A stretch of DNA of 64,000 nucleotides from IMG/VR virus record IMGVR_UViG_3300049811_000081, positions 46,305 through 110,304 of that record. One strand, 5' to 3'. Positions within the stretch are counted from its first letter, which is position 1. Every line of letters begins with the position of its first letter. The position numbers were made by a program, and so were the translations under genes. This document shows, in pieces, positions 36,044 through 44,605 of this stretch. Source of the DNA: a virus. The notes below the pieces were generated by a model. That model did not search any database, was not told the DNA's origin, and saw only the letters and a list, made by a program, of their open reading frames with translations.

Positions 36044-37276
36044 ATGAAAAAAATAGGTGAAAAATTATTCTCTCTCGGTGAATTATACGTATCTGATTTC
36101 ATAAAACAAGATTCGGATGCAAGAGCTGGTAAACACGACATGACAATGGTTTTAGATGAAAGGTACGGTGCTGCCAGATTAGAAAAATGTACACCAATAC
36201 ATTCTATGTTTGGTAAATATTGGTATCGTAGTGGAACTAATCTAACCATGACAAATGAACTCAAAGGTATCGTTGATAGTGTTAAATCAGTACATAAATT
36301 GAAAGATGGTGATTTATGGTTAGATATTGCTTGTAACGATGGTACTTTACTGAAGTTTGTTCCTGATAATGTCTTAAAATTAGGTATCGATCCCGCCGAA
36401 AATTCTTTTCTTGAAGAATCGTCTAAAGTTGCTGATGAAGTAATACAAGACTATTTCACCATTGATAGTTTTAATCGTTCCAAGTTTAAAGATAAGAAAG
36501 TGTCGGTTGTTACATGTATTGCCATGTTTTACGACTTAGATGAACCAGAAGATTTTTTAATGGACGTATATGATGTATTAGATGATAATGGATTGTTTGT
36601 ACTACAAATGAGTTACACTCCATTAATGATAAAGCAATTAGCTTTCGATAACATTTGTCACGAACACGTATATTATTGGTCTCTGTTTTCTCTTAAGAGA
36701 TTACTAGAAAAATGTAAATTTAAAATTGTTGACTGTCAATTAAATGATGTCAACGGTGGTAGTTTTAGAATTTATATTAAAAAAGACGTATCCAACGTTG
36801 GAACTTTCGGATCTTCCCCATACAGGGATGTTTGTAATGTTAGGGTCGAATCATTATTAACATGGGAATCCAATTTAAAATTGAATGAAAGACATATATG
36901 GGACGATTTTATTAGTAAAGTGAGAGATCTTAGATACCAAGTCACTCATTTCATTAAAGAAGAGAAATCGAAAGGAAAAACGATATGTGGGTACGGTGCT
37001 TCAACAAAAGGAAACACTCTTCTACAATATTTTGATTTGGATAATACTTTAATTGATGCCATAGCTGAAAGATCTCCATATAAATTTGGATTAAAGACTA
37101 TCGGAACAAATATCCCTATCCTATCTGAAGAAGAAGTTAGAAAAATGAAACCAGATTATATGTTGGTTCTACCGTGGCATTTTATTACCGAATTCATTGA
37201 AAGAGAAAAAGAATATTTAGATAATGGGGGAAAATTTATTGTTCCCTGCCCTACTTTTCAAATAATTGAAAAATGA
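36044..37276 (+). CDS. NDP-hexose C-methyltransferase (C3-methyltransferase family)
   Basis: YWYRSG, LDIACNDGTLL, FDNICHEH, NGGSFR, GYGASTKGNTLL, LVLPWHF, GGKFIVP. Confidence 0.88.
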   Translation: MKKIGEKLFSLGELYVSDFIKQDSDARAGKHDMTMVLDERYGAARLEKCTPIHSMFGKYWYRSGTNLTMTNELKGIVDSVKSVHKLKDGDLWLDIACNDGTLLKFVPDNVLKLGIDPAENSFLEESSKVADEVIQDYFTIDSFNRSKFKDKKVSVVTCIAMFYDLDEPEDFLMDVYDVLDDNGLFVLQMSYTPLMIKQLAFDNICHEHVYYWSLFSLKRLLEKCKFKIVDCQLNDVNGGSFRIYIKKDVSNVGTFGSSPYRDVCNVRVESLLTWESNLKLNERHIWDDFISKVRDLRYQVTHFIKEEKSKGKTICGYGASTKGNTLLQYFDLDNTLIDAIAERSPYKFGLKTIGTNIPILSEEEVRKMKPDYMLVLPWHFITEFIEREKEYLDNGGKFIVPCPTFQIIEK

Positions 37277-38061
37277 TAAATGATATAGGTAAAATGGACT
37301 TAGTTATTCAAGGTCCAGCAAATAACTATACGTTAGAAATTGTAAATCTATACCTAAACTTAGATTTTGTAAATAACATAATCATATCATGCTGGGAGGG
37401 GGATAATGTTGATCCAAATATGAATGAAAGGGTGAGGGTTATTTTTAACAAGGATATACCGAACCCCGGAATTACAAATAGAAATAGACAAATTGTTTCA
37501 TCATATAATGGTTTAAAAGAAGTAACCACTAAATTTTCAGCAAAATTAAGATCATGTCAAAAAATAACATTAGAGAGCATGCAATTAATGTATGATTACT
37601 ATAACAAACACAAAGAAAGATCATTAAGTTTTGAAGATGATGTAAATAAACCATTCAATAGGGTATGTGTTGCGGGTATTTTTAAACCATTTCCTTTTCA
37701 CCCAAGAGATCATATCTATTGGGGTAACACTATGGATTTATTGGATGTTTTTGACATACCATTGGATACATATAATGGTGTTGAGGATTATAGTAAAATA
37801 ACAAGATCGGAGGCATACATTTCGTCTTTTTATTATGCAAAATTCAATAAAAAGATAAATCATTTTATTGAAAATTATGAAACATATCTGGTTGATAATG
37901 CACCAAAAATAAATGAAGCCTTTGAGATAAATGATGAGATCATAACAAAAGTGTTTTTACCATTCCCAAAAATCGATTTTGAGTGGCCAAAACACGGATT
38001 GTATAGGTATCATTATGATTTTACGGAAAAACATTTTGGGGAATATTTCGGAAATGAATAG
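37273..38061 (+). CDS. WavE-like polysaccharide synthesis protein (GT-A-like)
   Basis: LVIQGP, IIISCW, NRNRQIVSSYNGL, KLRS, FHPRDHIYWG. Confidence 0.75.
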   Translation: MINDIGKMDLVIQGPANNYTLEIVNLYLNLDFVNNIIISCWEGDNVDPNMNERVRVIFNKDIPNPGITNRNRQIVSSYNGLKEVTTKFSAKLRSCQKITLESMQLMYDYYNKHKERSLSFEDDVNKPFNRVCVAGIFKPFPFHPRDHIYWGNTMDLLDVFDIPLDTYNGVEDYSKITRSEAYISSFYYAKFNKKINHFIENYETYLVDNAPKINEAFEINDEIITKVFLPFPKIDFEWPKHGLYRYHYDFTEKHFGEYFGNE

Positions 38062-38410
38062 AAACATAACGATATTTTGTGACATAGATGGAGTTTTAAT
38101 GAAACATCAATATCCAAACGTAACATGTAGAGAAGATTTTACACCAGAAGAAATCAATGGTGTCTCAGAAAAAATAACAGAATGGGTTACTAAGGGATAT
38201 ATCATTGTTTTAACAACAGCGAGGAAGGAATCGATGAGAAGGGTCACAGAAAAACAATTATCTTCCATTGGTGTGATTTATGATTATTTAATAATGGGGT
38301 TAGGTTCTGGCACTAGATATTTAATTAATGACAATAAATTAGACGGCGAAAAAACGGCGTTTGCTATTACTTTAGATAGAGATAAAGGAATTAAAGATGT
38401 TAACATATAA
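38054..38410 (+). CDS. Capless HAD-family phosphatase
   Basis: IFCDIDGVL, LTTAR, YDYLIMG, YLIND; start at ATG 38054. Confidence 0.82.
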   Translation: MNRNITIFCDIDGVLMKHQYPNVTCREDFTPEEINGVSEKITEWVTKGYIIVLTTARKESMRRVTEKQLSSIGVIYDYLIMGLGSGTRYLINDNKLDGEKTAFAITLDRDKGIKDVNI

Positions 38411-39812
38411 TAAATTTTTTATTGGTATTTCTGGTCCTTCTGGTGTTGGTAAAACAACCATATCTCACCTAATTTCTTATATGTTTAAACATAAATGTTT
38501 AATAATAAGTGGTGATGATTTACATAAATGGGAGAGAAACGATGATAATTGGAATAAGTTTACCCACTTTAATCCTGAAGCCAATAATTTGGATTTGGGT
38601 TTCCAACATCTTGAAAAATTAAAAAATGGGTTACATATAGAAAGATCGATATACAACCACTCAACAGGTAAGTTTGATGCACTAAAAACATTAAATCCAG
38701 AAAATATTTTAATATATGAGGGTCTACACACTTTATACGACGAAAGAGTGTTAGATCTGTTGGATTTAAAAATATATGTCGATACAAATGAAGACTTAAC
38801 CAAAGAATGGAAATTAAAAAGAGATATTCAACAAAGAGGATATTCAAAGAGACAGGTTGAGGATGTGATTACGAGGAGAAAAGAAGATCAAAAAAAATTT
38901 ATTGATCCTCAAAAAAATAATGCTGACGTTATAGTGAAATTTTTTAAAAACAATGATAAGGTTGAGATAGATTATTTCGTTATCAATAACAAGTTTGAGA
39001 ATTTCGTTAAAGAATTGACGGAATTTTACAACGCATTAAATCAATTTATTGAATTGTCTAAAATGTTATCAACAGAGATTTCTTTAACTCAATCAAAAGG
39101 TGGTAACATATCAATAAAATACGGTAATAAAATAATTATTAAAGAATCTGGACAGGAGATATCAAACATCTCTATTTTAAATGGGTTTTCTATTTGTGAA
39201 AATACAAAACATATGCCGATATTGTTATCGGAATCACAATACGAAAATTACATAAATGAAATAAAATTTTCAAATAAAAATCCATCGATGGAAATTGGGT
39301 TTCATATTGTTTTACACGATTCTGTTGTTATCCACACCCACCCAATTTATCTAAATACAATTTTATGTTCTAAAGAAGCTAAAGAGATAATTGAAAAATT
39401 GTTTAATCATCTAAAATACGAATATATCAACTACATTCTTCCGGGTTATAAGTTGGCGGGAATAATTAAAAACAAAAATGACAAAAACATATATTTCTTG
39501 GAAAATCATGGGTTAATCGTTTCTTCGGATAATATAGAAAAGGCGTTCGCAATTACTGTTGAAATTAATAATATCTGTAAAAAATGGATCGATGGTCATG
39601 TGGATACCTTTGTGGAGATAAAAAATCGTTCCGTTTCTGGTCTTCCATTATTTCCTGATGCTGTTGTGTTAAAAGAAGAAATGGGTGTGATTAATAAGTA
39701 TATGGTAAGTTTAATGAAAAATTGTTTTTTAACACCGAAGTTTTTAACAAAAAAAGAAATAAACGAGATTTTAGAATTAGAATCAGAAAAGAAGAGAAAA
39801 GAAAAAATATGA
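38397..39812 (+). CDS. Fusion of phosphoribulokinase/uridine-kinase-like P-loop kinase and class II aldolase/epimerase
   Basis: GISGPSGVGKTT, GDDLHKWER, YEGLH, RDIQQRG; then KGGNISIK, PSMEIGFH, IHTHP, LENHGL. Confidence 0.82.
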   Translation: MLTYNKFFIGISGPSGVGKTTISHLISYMFKHKCLIISGDDLHKWERNDDNWNKFTHFNPEANNLDLGFQHLEKLKNGLHIERSIYNHSTGKFDALKTLNPENILIYEGLHTLYDERVLDLLDLKIYVDTNEDLTKEWKLKRDIQQRGYSKRQVEDVITRRKEDQKKFIDPQKNNADVIVKFFKNNDKVEIDYFVINNKFENFVKELTEFYNALNQFIELSKMLSTEISLTQSKGGNISIKYGNKIIIKESGQEISNISILNGFSICENTKHMPILLSESQYENYINEIKFSNKNPSMEIGFHIVLHDSVVIHTHPIYLNTILCSKEAKEIIEKLFNHLKYEYINYILPGYKLAGIIKNKNDKNIYFLENHGLIVSSDNIEKAFAITVEINNICKKWIDGHVDTFVEIKNRSVSGLPLFPDAVVLKEEMGVINKYMVSLMKNCFLTPKFLTKKEINEILELESEKKRKEKI

Positions 39813-40642
39813 AAATAATTGTTCCAATGGCTGGATCTGGTAACCGATTTTTAGAAAAGGGTTATAGAGATCCAAAACCACTAATTAAGGTTGGAGGTAA
39901 AAAAATAATCGAATACGTTATTGATATGTTTTCTCCAAACGATGAATTTATCTTCATTTGCAATGAACTTCATAAAAAGTTTTTCGACATTGATAAATCA
40001 TTAAAGAAAATAAAGCCGTCTTCTAAAGTTTTTTCAATGCCTAATCATAAGTTAGGTCCGGTATATACGGTATTACCATTTTTTCAATACATAGATGATG
40101 ATGAAGAAGTAATAATATCATACTGTGATAATTCATTTCTATGGGATATTGAAGACTTTAAAAATTTTTTGGAAAAAGAAAAACCAGATGGTTGCATATT
40201 AACACATACAGGATTTCATCCACATACATTAAGTAAAACCAAAATGGCTTTTATTAAAGAAAAAGACGGTATTGTTGGAGAAATACAAGAAAAAGAGTGT
40301 TACACGGATGACCCAATGAGTGAGCACGCATCGACAGGAATATACTACTTTAAAAAGGGTAGTTATGTAAAAAAATATTTCAAAGAATTAATTGATTTAG
40401 ATATAAATTATAATGGTGAATATTATGTTACATTAGTTTATAATCTGTTAATCAGAGATAAGTTAAAATGTATGTACTATGATACACCATTTGTTACGGT
40501 TTTTGGTACGCCAGAAGAAGTTGAACATTTCGAAGCATGGAAAACATTGCTTAGTGAGTTGCAAATAAAGAACGAAGATGATTTAATAAATTCATACAGA
40601 TATTGGAAAAAATATTTTAAATTTTACAATGATGAATCATAG
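39809..40642 (+). CDS. Sugar-phosphate nucleotidyltransferase
   Basis: IIVPMAGSGNRF...PKPLI, SYCD, EK, GIYYF, NGEYY, FGTPEE; start at ATG 39809. Confidence 0.85.
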   Translation: MKIIVPMAGSGNRFLEKGYRDPKPLIKVGGKKIIEYVIDMFSPNDEFIFICNELHKKFFDIDKSLKKIKPSSKVFSMPNHKLGPVYTVLPFFQYIDDDEEVIISYCDNSFLWDIEDFKNFLEKEKPDGCILTHTGFHPHTLSKTKMAFIKEKDGIVGEIQEKECYTDDPMSEHASTGIYYFKKGSYVKKYFKELIDLDINYNGEYYVTLVYNLLIRDKLKCMYYDTPFVTVFGTPEEVEHFEAWKTLLSELQIKNEDDLINSYRYWKKYFKFYNDES

Positions 40643-41357
40643 AGAACGTTTATTCGAAATAAATAATATTCCCGTTTTAAATTATAAGGTGTTGAATTAT
40701 CTTTTTGAAAATAATTTAGTTCCGCAAGATGATGATTTATGGTTAGAATTTGGGACTTATGATGGAAGAAGTATTAATAAAATATCGAGATATACCGAAA
40801 AAACAATATATGGTTTTGATAGTTTTGAAGGGTTACCAGAACCTTGGGTTGGTAGGATAGACGAAAATGGTGAGTTTCATCATCATAAAGGAGTTTTTGA
40901 TTTAGGTGGTGGTCATGATAATTTTACTTTAGATAGATTTTTTGTCTACCCAAATGTAAAATTAATAAAAGGATGGTTTAAAGATACTTTACCGGTTTTT
41001 ATGGAAGAAAATGATAGACCAATTTCTTTTATTCATGTTGATTGTGACATATATTCATCAACCGTTGATGTTTTTAAATATACACACAAAAATATAAAAA
41101 ATGGGTGTATTATCGTATTTGATGAGATGATTGGTTATCCAAATTTTGAAGAACATGAGTGGAAAGCTTGGTGGGAATTTGTTGAAAATAAAAACATAAC
41201 GTTTGAGTGGATAGGAGGTAATGTTGGTGGTGTTGAAATACCAAATAACATAAATAAAAAATTTGGGGAGGGGACGCCACATTTTCACGAAATGGTTTCT
41301 CCGTCATATGAAAACGTCGGTTTAAAAATTTTACATAATCCAACATATAAATTTTAA
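40629..41357 (+). CDS. TylF/MycF-like O-methyltransferase
   Basis: LEFGTYDGRS, GFDSFEGLPEPW, KGWFKDTL, FIHVDCDIYSST, IVFDE. Confidence 0.88.
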   Translation: MMNHRERLFEINNIPVLNYKVLNYLFENNLVPQDDDLWLEFGTYDGRSINKISRYTEKTIYGFDSFEGLPEPWVGRIDENGEFHHHKGVFDLGGGHDNFTLDRFFVYPNVKLIKGWFKDTLPVFMEENDRPISFIHVDCDIYSSTVDVFKYTHKNIKNGCIIVFDEMIGYPNFEEHEWKAWWEFVENKNITFEWIGGNVGGVEIPNNINKKFGEGTPHFHEMVSPSYENVGLKILHNPTYKF

Positions 41358-41358
41358 A

Positions 41359-41805
41359 ATGGAATTAATATCACATAGGGGAAATTTAAATTCTATTAAT
41401 CCTGATTTAGAAAACAGTCCGGATTATATAGACAATGCAATATTAGAGGGTTTTGATGTTGAAGTGGATGTTAGGTGTGTTGATGGTAAATTATTTTTAG
41501 GTCATGATTACCCCCAGTACGAAATAAATGAACGGTGGTTAATAGACAGAAAAAGAAAATTATGGATCCATACAAAAGATTTTAATTCATTAAATTTACT
41601 TATACGTTCCTATACTAGAATTTTTTTTCACGAAAAAGAATCTCATACAATTATTCACAATACTAACCAAATATGGTCACATAATATTGATGAGGCTAGT
41701 GAAAATTCGATAATCCCTTTATTAAGTAAAGAAGATGTTCTCAATTGGAATAATAGGAAAAAAGTATATGGTGTTTGTTCAGATTATATAAAACTTTTCA
41801 GATGA
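41359..41805 (+). CDS. Short glycerophosphodiester phosphodiesterase/PLC-like protein
   Basis: ISHRGN, ENSP, GFDVEVDV, LGHD, WIHTK, GVCSDY. Confidence 0.8.
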   Translation: MELISHRGNLNSINPDLENSPDYIDNAILEGFDVEVDVRCVDGKLFLGHDYPQYEINERWLIDRKRKLWIHTKDFNSLNLLIRSYTRIFFHEKESHTIIHNTNQIWSHNIDEASENSIIPLLSKEDVLNWNNRKKVYGVCSDYIKLFR

Positions 41806-42446
41806 AATCATATGCACAATACGAAGAGGATTTATTTTTGATGTCATATTTTAATGACAATAAAAAACACTATGGTGTTGAGGTTGGTGCATCAGATGGT
41901 GTATTTGTGTCCCCAACAAAGTTATTAGAAGAAAATGGGTGGGAAATACTTTGTATTGAGCCAAATCCCATTTCTTTTATGGATTTACAAAAGAACAGAA
42001 AACATTGCTTACAATATGCTGTAGGTAATGAAAACATGGATAACGTTACATTTACTGTTTTTAATTTAGATAGAGATGAAAATTATCAGGATGCCATTTC
42101 TTCATTAAATCCTGATCAACGTCTAATTGATGAACACATTGGGTTTGATTTACTAATCAATTCATACCCCGAAAACGTAAATGTAAGAACGTTGGATTTT
42201 TGTATAAACCAATGGTTAAATATACTTGGAATATCTAAGGATGATTTTAAATTAGATTTTGTATCCATAGATACTGAAGGTACGGAGATGGATGTAATTG
42301 AAGGATTTGATATAGAATATTGGGATCCAAAACTTGTGTTAATTGAAAATAACTTTAATGAGGAGAGATATAGAGTAAAAATGATGGAAAGAGGATACAA
42401 ATTAATAAATATTTTTGGTATAAACGATTTATATGTTAAAAATTAG
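41802..42446 (+). CDS. FkbM-family methyltransferase
   Basis: SYAQYEED, VEVGASDG, CIEPNP, RTLD, FVSIDTEGTEMDVIEG. Confidence 0.9.
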   Translation: MKSYAQYEEDLFLMSYFNDNKKHYGVEVGASDGVFVSPTKLLEENGWEILCIEPNPISFMDLQKNRKHCLQYAVGNENMDNVTFTVFNLDRDENYQDAISSLNPDQRLIDEHIGFDLLINSYPENVNVRTLDFCINQWLNILGISKDDFKLDFVSIDTEGTEMDVIEGFDIEYWDPKLVLIENNFNEERYRVKMMERGYKLINIFGINDLYVKN

Positions 42447-42783
42447 TCTAGATGAAGCATATGTTTTTGATCTCCTTTCGATCCACGAAGTAAAATTAAT
42501 GAAAAGTGGTGGTGATAAAAGGAAACAATTAGAAAAAACGTATGATAAATTAAAAGAAGAAATTATCTCTCAAATAGGTCATGAAAAATACACTAAAATT
42601 GTTGTTAGTCCTGAGTACCATGATTTAAAAATATCAAACGCAATTGTGTTTATGTTAGTTGATAGGTCAAACCAAAGTGAACTGTCTAAACTAACCGCTG
42701 ACGCAAACTATGACAGGTATATAAAGAAAACTACGTTACAAAATAAATTTTTTGGTAATAATTTGGATGAGGTTAAATTATGA
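42433..42783 (+). CDS. Small helical protein typical of glycan loci (DUF6165-like)
   Basis: FDLLSIHEVK...LKISN...NYDRYIKK...EVK pattern. Confidence 0.55.
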   Translation: MLKISLDEAYVFDLLSIHEVKLMKSGGDKRKQLEKTYDKLKEEIISQIGHEKYTKIVVSPEYHDLKISNAIVFMLVDRSNQSELSKLTADANYDRYIKKTTLQNKFFGNNLDEVKL

Positions 42784-43517
42784 GTGATAGCATAAGTTTT
42801 TTATTTGGAGGTAGATTAGGTGATTTTATTCATGGATTGTGTGTCTGTAAATACAACTGGGAGCTCACAGGGAAGAAATGTGACATCTATATGGATAACA
42901 TAGGGGATATATTCCAAAATGGGTTAGAACCCACCTATAAGGATTTAAAACCCATTTTAGACAAACAGGAGTGGTGTAATTCATTCGAGATATACAATAG
43001 AACCACCCATATTGACATAAATGTGGTTAATTTCAGGAGAAGTCCTCTCTTATGTAGAACAAATTGGATTGAAATTTATTTCAAAACTTTTTTCAACATC
43101 GATAACCCACCCAAGGAATATTCATGGTTAACTCTAGAAAAAGATGAAAAATATAAGGACATGGTTCTTGTTAATAGAAACATGAACTCTATGAGTGACA
43201 ACACAACGGAAATGTATCGAAAAAAATTAAAAAAATATGATAGCGTGTCATTCATCTGTTTTGACAAGAAACAATATGAAAATTTTAAATTGAAAGATGA
43301 ATACCCCGTAATTTATGTTGATAACCTCTATGACTTTGCGGTTAAAATCAATAGTTGCAAATTATTTGTTGGGAACCAATCAGCGCCGATGGCGTTAGCG
43401 GTTGCATTAAATGTCCCAAGATATACGGAACTATATGGAAAAATCGATCATATTCATTATATGAAAGATATTGTTTATTATCAAAATTATGATTATTTTA
43501 TTGGGGATAACTATTGA
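42780..43517 (+). CDS. GT9-like (GT-B) glycosyltransferase
   Basis: GRLGDFIHGL; INSCKLFVGNQSAPMALAVALNVP. Confidence 0.7.
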   Translation: MSDSISFLFGGRLGDFIHGLCVCKYNWELTGKKCDIYMDNIGDIFQNGLEPTYKDLKPILDKQEWCNSFEIYNRTTHIDINVVNFRRSPLLCRTNWIEIYFKTFFNIDNPPKEYSWLTLEKDEKYKDMVLVNRNMNSMSDNTTEMYRKKLKKYDSVSFICFDKKQYENFKLKDEYPVIYVDNLYDFAVKINSCKLFVGNQSAPMALAVALNVPRYTELYGKIDHIHYMKDIVYYQNYDYFIGDNY

Positions 43518-43519
43518 TC

Positions 43520-44605
43520 ATGAACATATCTTTTGTACTTGCGGTTTACAATAATTTAGAGTTAACTGTTAATGCTTATAATGATTTAAGAAAAAAGTAC
43601 CCCAATGTTCCTTTAATTATAACAAGTGGAGGATCTACGGATGGCACCCATGAGTGGTTAAAATCTCTAACCGATAGTAATTTAATATTTGATATTGAAG
43701 AAAATCGTAGAACGTTTTCTCAAAATTTTAATAAAGGAATAAAATTAGTTCAAACAGAAAAATTAGTACTAATACATAATGACATGATCCTTGGGGATAT
43801 GTTTTTGGAAAACATAGAAAAACACTCATCTCCCAACAGATTATTATCTTATACAACGATTGAGCCATCGATATATTCCACACACATAAGACCTGGTAAA
43901 GTAATCCTAAATTTAGGTCACGATTTTAACGATTTCGATAATACGAATTTTAATCTATACGTCAATCAACACAAAGAAACGTGTACATTGTACGATGGTG
44001 CATCATTCTTTATGAGTGGTTACAAATCATTATTCGAGAGTGTTGGGTATTTTGATGAATTTTCTTTTATTCCTTCATTTTGTGAAGATGATGATTTTTT
44101 AATCAGAACAAAACTCAATGATTTTGAATTAAAAACAATCACTTGCGCAATTGTATATCATTTTGTATCAAAAACATCAAGATCATCTTCATCATATGAA
44201 AACGAATTAAACTCAAATAGAAACTTCATAAGAAAATGGGGAGCTCCGATAAAAACGTTTCAGGACATGAAATATTGGGTAAATAGTGATTTTTGGGGAT
44301 ATAATCCTAAAAAAATTGAACTACTTAAGTCTGACTTTGAAAATGTCCCCGATATCGAACCGTTCTTTAAAAAAATAGTGATTGATAACGGATATGATTT
44401 CGGATATGTAAAAGAAGAACAGAAAAAAACGAATTACGACGTAAAAGGTAAGTTCATCGATCCCATTCAATGTGATGTTACCATCCATTTAATTGGAAAA
44501 TTAACAGTATCCAATTTAGATTTCTTTTCTAAAATGCAGTTTGTTTTACCTAAGTATAGTAAGGGTGTGTACAAACACGAAAACTTAATGATTAGTATCC
44601 ATTAA
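43520..44605 (+). CDS. GT2 glycosyltransferase
   Basis: ISFVLAVYN, GGSTDGT, FSQNFNKG, IHNDMIL, GYFDE...FCEDDD, YHFVS. Confidence 0.88.
   Translation: MNISFVLAVYNNLELTVNAYNDLRKKYPNVPLIITSGGSTDGTHEWLKSLTDSNLIFDIEENRRTFSQNFNKGIKLVQTEKLVLIHNDMILGDMFLENIEKHSSPNRLLSYTTIEPSIYSTHIRPGKVILNLGHDFNDFDNTNFNLYVNQHKETCTLYDGASFFMSGYKSLFESVGYFDEFSFIPSFCEDDDFLIRTKLNDFELKTITCAIVYHFVSKTSRSSSSYENELNSNRNFIRKWGAPIKTFQDMKYWVNSDFWGYNPKKIELLKSDFENVPDIEPFFKKIVIDNGYDFGYVKEEQKKTNYDVKGKFIDPIQCDVTIHLIGKLTVSNLDFFSKMQFVLPKYSKGVYKHENLMISIH

Noticed and set aside
29024-44605. Bacterial chromosomal capsule/O-antigen locus
   Set aside because: No wzx/wzy/wzz/ABC transporter or initiating transferase, and phage-type genes flank both sides. 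A DNA-hypermodification role is not excluded, but no base hydroxymethylase is visible here
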